This document shows, one piece after another, positions 1 through 10,359 of a DNA stretch of 64,000 nucleotides; positions within the stretch are counted from its first letter, which is position 1, and the number at the start of each line of letters is the position of its first letter. Below the pieces are notes generated by a model. The model saw only the letters and a list, made by a program, of their open reading frames with translations. It ran no database searches and was not told the DNA's origin. The translations under genes were made by a program, and so were the position numbers. Where the stretch lies: assembly GCA_963751275.1 (NCBI GenBank), contig CAVVTZ010000007.1, positions 800,001-864,000 on the forward strand, in the 5' to 3' direction. The DNA comes from an uncultured Gemmatimonadaceae bacterium (GTDB lineage: Bacteria > Gemmatimonadota > Gemmatimonadetes > Gemmatimonadales > Gemmatimonadaceae).

Positions 1-231
1 TGTGTGCGTGGCATGTCCGATTCTACGGAGACGGTGATGCCGCCGCCACCCGCTCCCCGCGCCGCGTGCGCTGGGGGCCTCTCCATCGGGCCTGGGAGCC
101 CTCCTGGCGGCTGAACGCAGGCGCCCCAAGGAAATGGGGCCTCCGACCGCCGCCTTGAGTGGCATAAACGACGACCCCCCGGCGCGAATGCACCGGGGGG
201 TCACCATCAAACACTGCAAGAACTCTCCGTC

Positions 232-264
232 CTTGCTCCCGGCCAACGTGCCCGGGAGCAAGGC
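232..264 (-). terminator. Hairpin downstream of the Fn3 gene, possible intrinsic terminator
   Basis: CCTTGCTCCCGG / CCGGGAGCAAGG inverted repeat just past the stop at 273; no clear U-tract. Confidence 0.45.
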
Positions 265-272
265 GTTCGGAG

Positions 273-2357
273 TTACGGAGTAGCCGACACCTGACCAGAG
301 GGGGCCGACTCGCCGCTCGCGTTCACCGCCGTCACAATGTAGTAGTACGTCGTTCCGGTGGTCAGGCCAGTATGGACGTACGGGTTAGCCGCACCCGAAA
401 TCTTGGTGCCCGTGGCGGTAGTCACACCCGTGGTCGTGGACCAGTAGATGTTGTACGACGCTGCGCCGGCTTCCGGCGTCCAGCCCACCGTCACCTTATT
501 CGCTCCTGCCGTCGCCGTCACACCACTCGGCGACGTCAGCGGCGTAGCACTCACCTCCGCGGACGCCGGTGAAGAGACGCCCTGATTGCTCGTGGACGGC
601 GACACGACGGTGTCGACGACAATGTAGTAGTACGTGGTGCCGTTGGTCCGACCCGTGTGCGAGTACGGGCTCACCGCGCCGTTGATCTTCGTGCCGGTGG
701 CGACGGTCACACCCGGGCTCGTGGACCAGTAGATGTTGTACCCAGCCGCGCCGGTCACCGCCGGCCAGCTGATCGTGTTCTTCGTGTCGCCGAGCACTGC
801 CGTAGCAACCGGAGCTGCTGCAGCGGCCGCCGGCGTGGCGGTCACCTGCCCCGAGGCCGGGCCTTCGCCCGCGCTATTCACTGCCGTCACGATGAAGTAG
901 TACGGCACACCATTCGTGAGCGGGCCGAGCGCGTACGGCTTGGCGGCGCCGGCGATCTTCGTGCCGTTCGCCGTCGTCACGCCGGTCGTCGCCGACCAGT
1001 AAATGTTGTACGACGTCGCGTTCGCCACGGCGGTCCACGTGATCGTGTCAGAGACCACGGCGGGCTTGGCCGTCACGCCGGTCGGTGCGACCGGTACCGC
1101 GTTCGGGATCACGCTCACCGTGGACGAAGCCTTCGACTCAATGCCCTGTCCCGTGACCGCCGGGCTGAGGATCGTGTCGGTGACGATGAAGTAGTACGTG
1201 GTCCCGGTCGTCAAGCCGCTGATAGTCGCCGGACTGGCCGCAACCGCGACTTTGTTTACCGGGTTCGTGTCGTTCGCCACGGTCAAGCCCGGGTTCGTGC
1301 TCCAGTAAACATTGTACCCGGCAGCGCCGGTCACGGCCGTCCAGCTGATCGTCGCCGACGTGGGCGACGCGATCGCGCCGGCGACACCTGCCGGAGCGGC
1401 CAGCGGCGCCGCTGGCGTCGCGTTCACCTCAGGCGAGGCGGTCGCGGACTGCACGCCACCCTTCACCGCCGTGACAATGTAGTAGTACGTCTTCCCGTTG
1501 GTCGCGGTATCGACGTACGGCGTCTGCGCAGCGGCGTTCTTCGTGCCGGTAGTCGTCGTCACGCCAGTCGCCGTGCCCCGGTAGACGAAGTAGCTGCCAC
1601 CGTGGTTCGTGAAGGAGGTGTCCTTCGTCCACGTGACCGTATCCGAGGCATTCCCGGGCTTGGCCTTGACGTTCAAGGGCAAGGCAGGGCTCGCTCCCGG
1701 CGTCGCGCTCACTTCCGCCGACTGATCCGACTCGCCATTCGCGTTGACGGCGGTCACCACGTAGTAGTACGTCGTGCCGTTGGTCAGGAGCGCGTGGATG
1801 TAGGTCGGCGACGGATTGCTGATCTTGAACGCGTACGACGCAGCGCTGTCAATATTGATGCCGGCCGTGTTCGACCAGTACACGTTGTAACTGGTCGCGC
1901 CCGGAACGGCCGACCACTTGACGGTGTCCATCATCGGGCCAGGCGCAGCCTTCACGCCGAGCGGCGCCGCCGTCTTCAGCGTCGTTGCGGGCGTCGCGGA
2001 GACCTCCGTCGACGGACCCGACTCGCCGTTCACGTTCGTCGACGTCACCACGTAGTAGTACGTGGAGCCGTTGGCCAGCCCGGTCTGGATGAACGGATCC
2101 GACGCACCCGTGACCTTCGTGCCCGTCTGGGGCGTCACGCCCGCGGTCGTCGACCAATACACATTATTCGTCACGGCTCCGGCGTTCTCATCCCACGACA
2201 CGGTGACCTGGCCCCATAGCGCAGAGGCGCTGACGCCCAATGGGACCGGCGGCAGCGTCGTTGGCGCCGTCCCGACATCGTTCGTCGAGCAATTGATGAC
2301 GGTCAAGGCCGCCGCGGCGGCGACAAGACCCCTGCGTAGAACAAAACTGTTTCGCAT
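273..2357 (-). CDS. Lipoprotein made of seven fibronectin type III repeats
   Basis: ATG at 2357 after AGAGGAG; signal peptide ending in INC; seven W..YNxYWS..YYYxVT repeats; Thr/Ala-rich. Confidence 0.85.
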   Translation of the reverse strand: MRNSFVLRRGLVAAAAALTVINCSTNDVGTAPTTLPPVPLGVSASALWGQVTVSWDENAGAVTNNVYWSTTAGVTPQTGTKVTGASDPFIQTGLANGSTYYYVVTSTNVNGESGPSTEVSATPATTLKTAAPLGVKAAPGPMMDTVKWSAVPGATSYNVYWSNTAGINIDSAASYAFKISNPSPTYIHALLTNGTTYYYVVTAVNANGESDQSAEVSATPGASPALPLNVKAKPGNASDTVTWTKDTSFTNHGGSYFVYRGTATGVTTTTGTKNAAAQTPYVDTATNGKTYYYIVTAVKGGVQSATASPEVNATPAAPLAAPAGVAGAIASPTSATISWTAVTGAAGYNVYWSTNPGLTVANDTNPVNKVAVAASPATISGLTTGTTYYFIVTDTILSPAVTGQGIESKASSTVSVIPNAVPVAPTGVTAKPAVVSDTITWTAVANATSYNIYWSATTGVTTANGTKIAGAAKPYALGPLTNGVPYYFIVTAVNSAGEGPASGQVTATPAAAAAAPVATAVLGDTKNTISWPAVTGAAGYNIYWSTSPGVTVATGTKINGAVSPYSHTGRTNGTTYYYIVVDTVVSPSTSNQGVSSPASAEVSATPLTSPSGVTATAGANKVTVGWTPEAGAASYNIYWSTTTGVTTATGTKISGAANPYVHTGLTTGTTYYYIVTAVNASGESAPSGQVSATP

Positions 2358-2800
2358 GTCAAGCTCCTCTTGGCGGTTGGGACTACCGTGCCCTGGCCCA
2401 CGTGGCCCTTTTGGCCGCAAACTGGTACGCCTACAATAACACTACGACACGCCCCCCGTTAGGGGCGATTGGCACCCTAGCGTAGGTTCCTCCCGCCCGG
2501 ATGTCAAGCCTCTCAGACATACCCGCTTAGCCGAGATATTAGTTTCGGTTAACGGGGGGTCTTCGGCTTATTCCCGACGCGTGGTAAGAGATCACGACCG
2601 AGCCAACTCGAGAGTACCACGAATGAGCGGTCGTGTCCAGTCGAGTCGCTCAGCGAGGCGAGAGTTTGCGCACGCGCCGCGTACTGCGCAAGTACCCGCT
2701 CCTGCTTCACGCTGGTCGCCGGGATCGCTATCTTGAAAGCGCGCGAGACGACGGTTCACGTGCCTGCGCGCAGGACGGTTCGCCTCGCTGATCCAAGTGC

Positions 2801-2873
<73 letters not shown>

Positions 2874-3104
2874 TCCTTCGCTCCACCCACGGAAATCTCT
2901 TCTCGCTGCCGGTGTGTGTTCGCAGCTCGAGTTGCGGGAGTCGAGCACGCACCCGCATCGATCGACCGTGCGCGGGGTGGTCCTCCGCCGCTTCGGCGCG
3001 ATCTCGTTCCGCTCGAAGCGGTGCCGCTCCCGGCTTGCCAGGCCGGATGGAACCTGCGTTCTTTCGAGGCATAGCGATACTGCGCCACGCGGAAGGTGCT
3101 CGTG

Positions 3105-4244
3105 ATGTACTCCACCTGTCTCTTTTGCCACACCGACCTCGGCGCGAACGATGACATCGCGCCGTGCCCCGTTGGCCGTCGCCTGGCGTTCGATCCGGAG
3201 AGGGGGCGCCTCTGGGTGGTGTGCACCTACTGCGGCCGGTGGAACCTCACGCCGCTCGAAGAGCGCTGGGAAGCGATCGAGCGGTGTGAACAGCTCTTCC
3301 GCGACACGTGGCAGCGCTATTCCGTCGAGAACATCGGACTCGCGAAGACGCGCTCGCGCCTCGAGCTGATCCGCATCGGCCCCGCGCTCTTCCCCGAGAT
3401 CGCGTCGTGGCGCTACGGCGCGCGGCTCCAGCGCCGCCTCAACGATCCGCACGGTCCGCGCGGCATGTGGCGCCGCGGCGCCCGCTACCTCGCGCGGCGC
3501 GCGGCCGCCGGCGTCGCGCGCGTTTCCTCGCTCGTGGGGCTCAGCGACGAGACGGTGCTCCACCTCAGCACGTTCCGCCGCGCCGGCTCCGTGCTCGCGC
3601 GCTCCGAAGATGAGAGCCACCGGCGCGTGACCATCCGCTACGCGCATCTCGCGCAGGCCGAGCTCATCCGCCCCGCGCGCGGAGAGCCGTGGCGCATCCG
3701 CGTCGCGCACGACGACGGCGTTTCCACGCTCGCCGAGCAGCCCGCGATCCTCGCCTCCGGCCGGCTGCTCGCGGTGCTGAATTTCGCTACGGCGAGCAAG
3801 CACGAGGTCCGCTGGGCCCTCGCCAAACTCGGCGACGCGGCCGATCCCACCGGTTTCTTCGGCCGCATCGGGAACCTCGCGATGCGCACGGAGTGGGGCC
3901 GGCATCCCGAGGCCGCGCCCGACGCGGCCGCCGCACCGGTCGCACACTCGGAAGCCGAGCGTCTCGCGCTCCCGCTCGCGACCCGTTCGTTCTGGGGGCA
4001 CGGTGGGATCGGGAGCGAGAGCCGTACGCCGCTCTATCGGCTGCCGCCGGAGGACCGCCTCGCCATGGAGATGGCGGCGAACGAGGACGTGGAGCGGCGC
4101 GCGCTCGCGGGCGAACTGGACGAGTTGCGCGAGGCGTGGAAGGAGGCCGAAGAGATCGCCGCGATCGCCGACGACCTCCTCGTCGGCGATGCGCTCGACG
4201 AATTCAAGCGGCAGTACTACTTGCGGCTCGAGGCGGGAATATAG
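3105..4244 (+). CDS. Hypothetical protein with N-terminal CxxC...CxxC zinc-ribbon-like motif
   Basis: MYSTCLFCH...VCTYCGRWNLTP; coherent codon usage; helical acidic C-terminus. Confidence 0.75.
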   Translation: MYSTCLFCHTDLGANDDIAPCPVGRRLAFDPERGRLWVVCTYCGRWNLTPLEERWEAIERCEQLFRDTWQRYSVENIGLAKTRSRLELIRIGPALFPEIASWRYGARLQRRLNDPHGPRGMWRRGARYLARRAAAGVARVSSLVGLSDETVLHLSTFRRAGSVLARSEDESHRRVTIRYAHLAQAELIRPARGEPWRIRVAHDDGVSTLAEQPAILASGRLLAVLNFATASKHEVRWALAKLGDAADPTGFFGRIGNLAMRTEWGRHPEAAPDAAAAPVAHSEAERLALPLATRSFWGHGGIGSESRTPLYRLPPEDRLAMEMAANEDVERRALAGELDELREAWKEAEEIAAIADDLLVGDALDEFKRQYYLRLEAGI

Positions 4245-4260
4245 GCGCGAGTTGCCGCGA

Positions 4261-4581
4261 TCACCCTGGCTGATTGTACCACATCGCCTGGATGCTCGGC
4301 TCGCAGCGCAACCCATTCAGCACAGACTGGGGCTGCGGCGCCGGGATGGTCGCGATGTGCTGCGCGGGGAGCTCGCTCACCGGGGTGAATCCGTAGCGGG
4401 CAGCGAGCGTATCCGTGGTCGCGGCGACGTCCACGTTCGTGTGGAAGAGCAGCACCAGCTGCGGGGTCTCGCCGTGGTAGACGCCCCCGATCGGCACGCA
4501 CTCCACGGGGTTCGACGCGCCGCAGGCCGCCAGCGCTGAGAGCAACGCGGCGGCGACGAGCACCGACAAGCGAGAGCGCAT
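4261..4581 (-). CDS. Small hypothetical lipoprotein
   Basis: Signal peptide with LAAC lipobox; GGAGG upstream. Confidence 0.65.
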   Translation of the reverse strand: MRSRLSVLVAAALLSALAACGASNPVECVPIGGVYHGETPQLVLLFHTNVDVAATTDTLAARYGFTPVSELPAQHIATIPAPQPQSVLNGLRCEPSIQAMWYNQPG

Positions 4582-4748
4582 GCGTAGTTGCCTCCCTGAG
4601 GACTTCCGATGTGCGCTGTACCCCGGGCTCGAGTGCCCGTTCCTGCGAGATCCGCACTGAACCCGCTCGCGACTTCGATTATCTTTATGCCCGCGCGATC
4701 CCGTCCGCGCCGCGGACGGCCAACCACCTCTCCACCAATTCCAATCCG

Positions 4749-5858
4749 ATGCGTTCCTCGCTTGCTGTGCTCCTCGCTCTCGCCGCGTCGCCGCTCGCCG
4801 CGCAATCCGCGCCGGGCGCGCCCACCACGGTCAAGATCACCGTGGATTCCGTGCACAAGAAGGTCGTGATCGTCGCCGGCCCCTTCGATCTCGTCGGCCA
4901 CGGCAACATGCCCGGCATGGGCGCCGGCGTGATGCACCATACGTCCGAAAGCAAGATGATGCGCTTCGACTGGCCGGTGGACGGCGCGCTCAATGGCGTG
5001 AACGTCACGCTCACGGATCCGCACGGCGCGCCGGTGCCCGGCAACGTGATCCACCATCTCGTGATGTACAATTTCGACCGGCGCCAGTTGATCTTCGAAT
5101 CGGTGGAGCGCTTGTTCGCCTGGGGCCAGGACACGCAGGAGGTCACGCTGCCGGCCGGCGTCGGCGTCCCGCTCCCGCTCGGCGACCACCTCGGCTTCCT
5201 CATCGCGTGGCATAACGACAGTGGCCATGACATCAAGGGCGCGGTCGTGACGATCACCATGCCCTACGAGCTGCCCAAGGACATGAAGGTCGCCGTGTAC
5301 CCGTGGTACCTCGACGTGAGCAACGTGAATGGCGGCGACAACTCGTACGATCTGCCGGTCGGCAAGTCGACCAAGACGTTCGATTTCACCATCCCGGTGA
5401 GCGGTCGCATGATCGCCGTCGGCGGGCACATGCATCCGTACGGCAAGAATGTGCAGCTCGTGGACGTGGCGAGCGGCAAAGTCTTGATCAAGCTCAACGC
5501 CACGAAGAGCAAGGATGGCCTGGTGCGCGGCGTCGAGCGGTTCGTCTATGGCTTCCACGAGGATGCGCTTCCCCTCGAGGCGAACCATCCGTACCGCCTC
5601 GTGGCTCTCTATGACAACACGTCCGGCAAGCCGATCGTGAAGGGCGGGATGGCGCAGCTCAACGGCATCTTCGAGCCATCCGATTTCGCGCTTTGGCCCA
5701 AGCTCGACCTGACCGATCCCGAGACGAAGAAGGACATCGCCTCGATGCCGCCGGATCTGGGCGATGAGCACGCCGGCATGGAGATGGACCCGAGCATGAA
5801 GATGGACATGCCCATGCCGCCCAAGCCCGACACCGCGAAGAAGCCGCCGCGGCAGTAG
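4749..5858 (+). CDS. Secreted protein, copper type II ascorbate-dependent monooxygenase (PHM/DBH)-like
   Basis: Signal peptide MRSSLAVLLALAASPLAAQ; VIHHL...AWH, GGHMH...GGM; FAW and LPAGVG segments; Met-rich termini. Confidence 0.65.
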   Translation: MRSSLAVLLALAASPLAAQSAPGAPTTVKITVDSVHKKVVIVAGPFDLVGHGNMPGMGAGVMHHTSESKMMRFDWPVDGALNGVNVTLTDPHGAPVPGNVIHHLVMYNFDRRQLIFESVERLFAWGQDTQEVTLPAGVGVPLPLGDHLGFLIAWHNDSGHDIKGAVVTITMPYELPKDMKVAVYPWYLDVSNVNGGDNSYDLPVGKSTKTFDFTIPVSGRMIAVGGHMHPYGKNVQLVDVASGKVLIKLNATKSKDGLVRGVERFVYGFHEDALPLEANHPYRLVALYDNTSGKPIVKGGMAQLNGIFEPSDFALWPKLDLTDPETKKDIASMPPDLGDEHAGMEMDPSMKMDMPMPPKPDTAKKPPRQ

Positions 5859-5934
5859 AGCACAGCGGGCGCCGCCGTTCCGGCGGCGCCCGCGCGCTCG
5901 CGCGGCCCTTCTCCGCGCGATAGATTCACGGTCG

Positions 5935-8900
5935 ATGTCCGACCTCCAAACTCGACTTCAGACCGCGCTCGGCGACGCCTATCGCATCGAGCGCGAGCTT
6001 GGTGGCGGCGGCATGTCGCACGTGTACCTCGCGCAGGAGACGGCGCTGGGCCGCCGCGTCGTGATCAAGGTGCTGCCCCCGGAGATGGCGGCGGGCGTGA
6101 ACATCGAGCGCTTCCGCCGCGAGATCCAACTTGCCGCCTCGCTCCAGCATCCGCACATCGTGCCGCTGCACGCCGCGGCGCAGGTCGGCGACCTCTTCTA
6201 CTACACGATGCCGCTCGTGGACGGGGAATCGCTGCGCGCGAAGCTCGCGCGCGAGGGCGAACTCCCGGTGGGCGACACGATCCGCATCATCCGCAATGTG
6301 GTCGATGCCCTCGCCTACGCCCACGCGCACGGTGTGGTGCACCGCGACATCAAACCCGACAACATCCTGATCTCGGGCAATCACGCCGTCGTGACCGACT
6401 TCGGCGTCGCCAAGGCCGTGAGCGCGTCCACCGGCGGCACGTCGCTGACGTCGATGGGCTTGGCGCTGGGCACGCCGGCGTACATGGCGCCGGAGCAGGC
6501 GGCGGCCGATCCGCACGTGGACCATCGCGCCGATCTCTACGCCGTGGGCGCCACCGCGTACGAGATGCTCTGCGGGCACCCGCCGTTCAGCGGCATGTCG
6601 CCGCAGCAAGTGCTCGCGGCGCACGTGACGCTCGCGCCGGCGCCGCTCAGTTCGCAGCGCGCATCAGTGCCGCCGGCGCTCAACGAATTGATCATGCGCT
6701 GCCTCGAGAAGAAGCCCGCCGACCGCGTGCAGCGCGCCGAGGATCTGCTCACCCAGCTCCAGGCGATGGCGACACCCAGCGGCGGCATGGCGCCCACTGG
6801 CGCGACGCCCGCCCTCACGAGCGGAGCGAAGGCCGCGATCCGGCGCACGAACCCGATGCGCGTCACGATGATGTTCGCGGCCGCTTCGGTGGCGGTGCTC
6901 GGGATCGTCTTCCTGCTGCGCAACGTGCTCGGCCTGCCCAACTGGGTGCTCGGCGCCGCCGGCGTGCTGCTCCTCGCCGGACTTCCGATCATGATCATGA
7001 CCGGCCGCCGCGAGCGCGCGCGGCTCGAGGCGGCGCACACCGGCACATTCATGGTGCCGCCCGTGGGCGTCGAGAAGCTGTTCACCTGGCGGCGTGCCAT
7101 CCTCGGCGGCGTCGCGGCGTTCGCGCTGCTCGCGGTGATCGTGATCGGCTACACCGTGATGCGCGTCATGGGCATCGGTTCCGTCGGCACGCTGCAGGCG
7201 AAGGGCCTGCTCAAGGCACGTCAGCCGATCCTGCTGGCGGAATTCGAGAATCGCTCCACCGATTCCACACTGGGCCCCACGCTCACCGAGGCGTTCCGCG
7301 TCGACCTCTCGCAGTCGCAAACGGTGAAGCTGCTCGACGCGCAGGCGGTCAGCGACGCGCTCAATCGCATGCAAAAGCCACCGGGCTCGGTGCTGATCCC
7401 GGCGCTCGCGCGCGAGGTCGCCGAGCGCGAGGGCGTGCCGGCGATCGTCGAGGGGCAGATCGATCCGGTGGGCAAGAGTTTCGTCGTCTCGGCGAAGATC
7501 GTTTCCGCGAAGGATGGCGCGGTGCTCACCGCCGTGCGCGAGACCGCCGCCGCCGACGCCGACTTGATCCCCGCGCTCGACAAGCTGTCGCGCGCACTGC
7601 GCGAGCGCATCGGCGAATCGCTCGTGAGCATTCGCGCCGACGAGCCGCTCGCGCACGTCACCACCGGTTCGCTCGATGCGCTGAAGAAATACACGCAGGC
7701 GCTGCGGCTCTCGGACGTGGGGCAGGAAGAGCAGTCGGTCCCGCTCTACGAGGAAGCCGTCGCGATGGACAGCGGCTTCGCGATGGCCTGGCGCAAGCTC
7801 GGCGCGATCTACCAGAACATGGGCGCGTCCAACGTGAAGGTGATCAACGCGATCAAGAATGCGTACAAGTACCGTGACCGGCTCCCTGAACTCGAGCGGC
7901 AGGCGACGATCGCGTACTACTACAACGCGGTGGACAACGAGCCGACGAAGGTGGAGGCGGCGTATCGCGCGATGCTCGCGATCGACCCGGACAATACGAT
8001 CCCGCTCAATAATCTCTCGATCGTACTCTTTGACATGCGGCGGTACGCCGAAGCCGAGAGCCTGGCCGTGCGCTGCATGGACAACGGCGTCTTCTCCAAT
8101 TGCCCGTTCCACGCGATCCGCGCGCAGATGGCGCAAGGGAAGATGGCCGCCGCCGACACGTCGCTCGCGCGCTGGCAGCGGGCACTGCCGACCGATCCCA
8201 ACCTGGGCTTCAGCCGCTCCGGCATGGCGGCGGTCCGCGGCGACTATGCTGCGGCGGAACGGATCTCCCGCGAGAACAAGGCGGCGCATCCCGCCTCGCT
8301 CTACGTGCAGGAGATCTCCGACCAGTCGCTCGCCGCGTTCGCCGCGGATCAGGGCCAGCTGAACCGGGCGTTGCAATCGCTGCGCGCCGCGCAGGCGTCG
8401 GCGGAGGCGCGGGCGCTGCCGGGCGACTACCTGAGCCTCGCCGCGAACTACGCCCTGGTCGAGATCCGTGACCTCAATCGCTCCGCCGAAGCGATCGCCA
8501 GGGTGAACGCCGCGATGGCGAAACACCCGCTCTCGACCATGGATGCCGTCGATCGACCATATACCATCCTCGCCAGCGCGTACGCGGCGGGCGGCCGCAT
8601 CGAGGACGCCCAGCGCCTGATGGCCGAGTACGCGAACGAAGTGCCCAAGGATCTGCAGAAAGGCGATTTCAACGCGTCGGCCGCCGCCGGCGACATCGCC
8701 GCCGCGCAGGGCCGTCCGGCCGATGCGATCGCGGCGTACCGCCGCATGCGCACACAGTTCGGCTGTCCCCAGTGCGGACTGTTCGAGATCGCCACCCAGT
8801 TCCAGAAGCTCGGCGAACCCGACTCGGCGCTCGTGTACTATGAGGCCGGGCTCGCGAACTCCGGACCGCAGCGGGCGATCTTCACGGACCCCGTCACGCT

Positions 8901-9072
8901 CGCGGCCACCTATCAGCGCCTGGGCGAACTGTACGAGGCCAAGGGCGACCGGAAGAAGGCGATGGAGTATTATCTCAAGCTCGCCGACCTGTGGAAGAAC
9001 GCCGATCCCGAGCTCCAGCCGATCGTGAAGGACGCCCACGCGCGCGTCGCGCGCCTCTCGGCCGAACACTAG
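5935..9072 (+). CDS. Ser/Thr protein kinase with transmembrane helices and C-terminal TPR region
   Basis: GGGGMS, VIK, HRDIKPDN, DFG, GTPAYMAPE; about three hydrophobic helices; TPR-like helices. Confidence 0.92.
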   Translation: MSDLQTRLQTALGDAYRIERELGGGGMSHVYLAQETALGRRVVIKVLPPEMAAGVNIERFRREIQLAASLQHPHIVPLHAAAQVGDLFYYTMPLVDGESLRAKLAREGELPVGDTIRIIRNVVDALAYAHAHGVVHRDIKPDNILISGNHAVVTDFGVAKAVSASTGGTSLTSMGLALGTPAYMAPEQAAADPHVDHRADLYAVGATAYEMLCGHPPFSGMSPQQVLAAHVTLAPAPLSSQRASVPPALNELIMRCLEKKPADRVQRAEDLLTQLQAMATPSGGMAPTGATPALTSGAKAAIRRTNPMRVTMMFAAASVAVLGIVFLLRNVLGLPNWVLGAAGVLLLAGLPIMIMTGRRERARLEAAHTGTFMVPPVGVEKLFTWRRAILGGVAAFALLAVIVIGYTVMRVMGIGSVGTLQAKGLLKARQPILLAEFENRSTDSTLGPTLTEAFRVDLSQSQTVKLLDAQAVSDALNRMQKPPGSVLIPALAREVAEREGVPAIVEGQIDPVGKSFVVSAKIVSAKDGAVLTAVRETAAADADLIPALDKLSRALRERIGESLVSIRADEPLAHVTTGSLDALKKYTQALRLSDVGQEEQSVPLYEEAVAMDSGFAMAWRKLGAIYQNMGASNVKVINAIKNAYKYRDRLPELERQATIAYYYNAVDNEPTKVEAAYRAMLAIDPDNTIPLNNLSIVLFDMRRYAEAESLAVRCMDNGVFSNCPFHAIRAQMAQGKMAAADTSLARWQRALPTDPNLGFSRSGMAAVRGDYAAAERISRENKAAHPASLYVQEISDQSLAAFAADQGQLNRALQSLRAAQASAEARALPGDYLSLAANYALVEIRDLNRSAEAIARVNAAMAKHPLSTMDAVDRPYTILASAYAAGGRIEDAQRLMAEYANEVPKDLQKGDFNASAAAGDIAAAQGRPADAIAAYRRMRTQFGCPQCGLFEIATQFQKLGEPDSALVYYEAGLANSGPQRAIFTDPVTLAATYQRLGELYEAKGDRKKAMEYYLKLADLWKNADPELQPIVKDAHARVARLSAEH

Positions 9073-9187
9073 CCGAACTCCCGGCACCTTCGTCGGGGAA
9101 AAGGGTTATATTGTAGGCTGTCCGCCGCGGTTTGTTATCTGTTCGGCCGGCGGCTCAGCACCCGAGAACCCGAAGCCAGGAGACACC

Positions 9188-10090
9188 ATGCGACGCATAT
9201 CCGCCATTCTGTTGGTCGTGGGCCTCATGGCCTGCGAGAAGATCGGCTCCGGCGGCGGCACCAGCGCCTCGAAGCCCGATTCGATCACCGTACTGAACAC
9301 CCAGCTCGCGCAGGCGAAGGCCGTGGCCGCGCAGCAGGATTCGCTCCTGCAGGGCTTCCAGCAGACCACGCAGCTCTTGGCCGACATCGACAAGGATCTG
9401 TCGAGCGTGAAGGGCCTCAAGAGCCACGTGGCGGTCGACACCAAGGGTGAGAACCCGAACGACCCGCAGGCCGCGTACCGCGCGAGCCTCCAGGGCAAGG
9501 TGGCCGAAGTGACCTCGCTGCTGAAGCAGAGCCGCGCCCGCGTCGCCGCGCTGAACGAGAAGAACGAGGCGCTCGGCGGCAAGGTGGCGACCTATGAGGC
9601 GAGCATCGCGAGCCTCCAGCAGATCGTGGAGCAGGACAAGGAACAGATGGCCGCGCTGCACATCCAGGTCGACAGCCTCACGCTGGCGAACGCGACCGTG
9701 ACCACCGAGAAGGTGGCCGTGACGGACACGATGCTCACCCTGCGCAAGCAGGAGAACACGGTGTTCGTGGTGGTCGGCACGAAGGATGAGCTGATGAAGA
9801 AGGGGATCATCACGGAAGAGGGCTCCAAGTTCCTCTTCTTCGGCAGCAAGGCGATGGTGCCCGCGCGCAAGCTGGACAAGACGCAGTTCACCGCCATCAA
9901 TAAGTGGGACGATGTGCCGGTGGTGCTGCACATCACGGACAAGCCGTACAAGGTCGTGTCGCGCCAGGATCCCTCGCTGATCGAAGCGGGCAAGGATTCG
10001 GCGGGCAAGTTCAACGGCGAACTCCACATCACGCAGCCGGCCGAGTTCTGGTCGACGAGCAAGTACCTCATCATCGTAGAAGGCGCCTAA
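9188..10090 (+). CDS. Coiled-coil lipoprotein of unknown function
   Basis: LMAC lipobox; long heptad region; globular C-terminus; AGGAG RBS. Confidence 0.8.
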   Translation: MRRISAILLVVGLMACEKIGSGGGTSASKPDSITVLNTQLAQAKAVAAQQDSLLQGFQQTTQLLADIDKDLSSVKGLKSHVAVDTKGENPNDPQAAYRASLQGKVAEVTSLLKQSRARVAALNEKNEALGGKVATYEASIASLQQIVEQDKEQMAALHIQVDSLTLANATVTTEKVAVTDTMLTLRKQENTVFVVVGTKDELMKKGIITEEGSKFLFFGSKAMVPARKLDKTQFTAINKWDDVPVVLHITDKPYKVVSRQDPSLIEAGKDSAGKFNGELHITQPAEFWSTSKYLIIVEGA

Positions 10091-10108
10091 ACTTCCTCGT
10101 GAAGGCCG

Positions 10109-10144
10109 AACGGCCGGCTGATCCTTCGGGATCAGCCGGCCGTT
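10109..10144 (+). terminator. Intrinsic terminator hairpin
   Basis: AACGGCCGGCTGATCC-TTCG-GGATCAGCCGGCCGTT, perfect 16-bp stem after the stop at 10090. Confidence 0.75.
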
Positions 10145-10154
10145 TCCACATCCT

Positions 10155-10352
10155 ACAGGCGCGTGTAGGCACTAGTACCGCTTGAGACGCGCGTCTGGGA
10201 GGCAGCGTGTGGTACGAGCAGGGCGGGAGTTGTACTGCGGCTGCGCTTGTGGGGCGTGGGCGGATTGGGTCGTGCGACTCCCGCCGAGCCGTACCACACG
10301 CCGCCTCCTAGACGCGCATCCTCAAGCGGTACTAGTCCCCACACGCGCCTGT
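10155..10352. repeat. Family A long palindromic repeat, copy 1 (long loop)
   Basis: GGCGCGTGTAG..CTAGTACCGCTTGA..CGCGTCTGGGAGGCAGCGTGTGGTAC arm and its inverse. Confidence 0.9.
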
Positions 10353-10359
10353 GCGCCGG

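Noticed and set aside
1..214. 63-aa ORF at 23-214 and a possible gene start at 14 on the minus strand
   Set aside because: No recognisable protein features, and too little sequence at the window edge
2417..2432. Possible sigma54 promoter upstream of the Fn3 gene
   Set aside because: GG-to-GC spacing is 11 rather than the required 10
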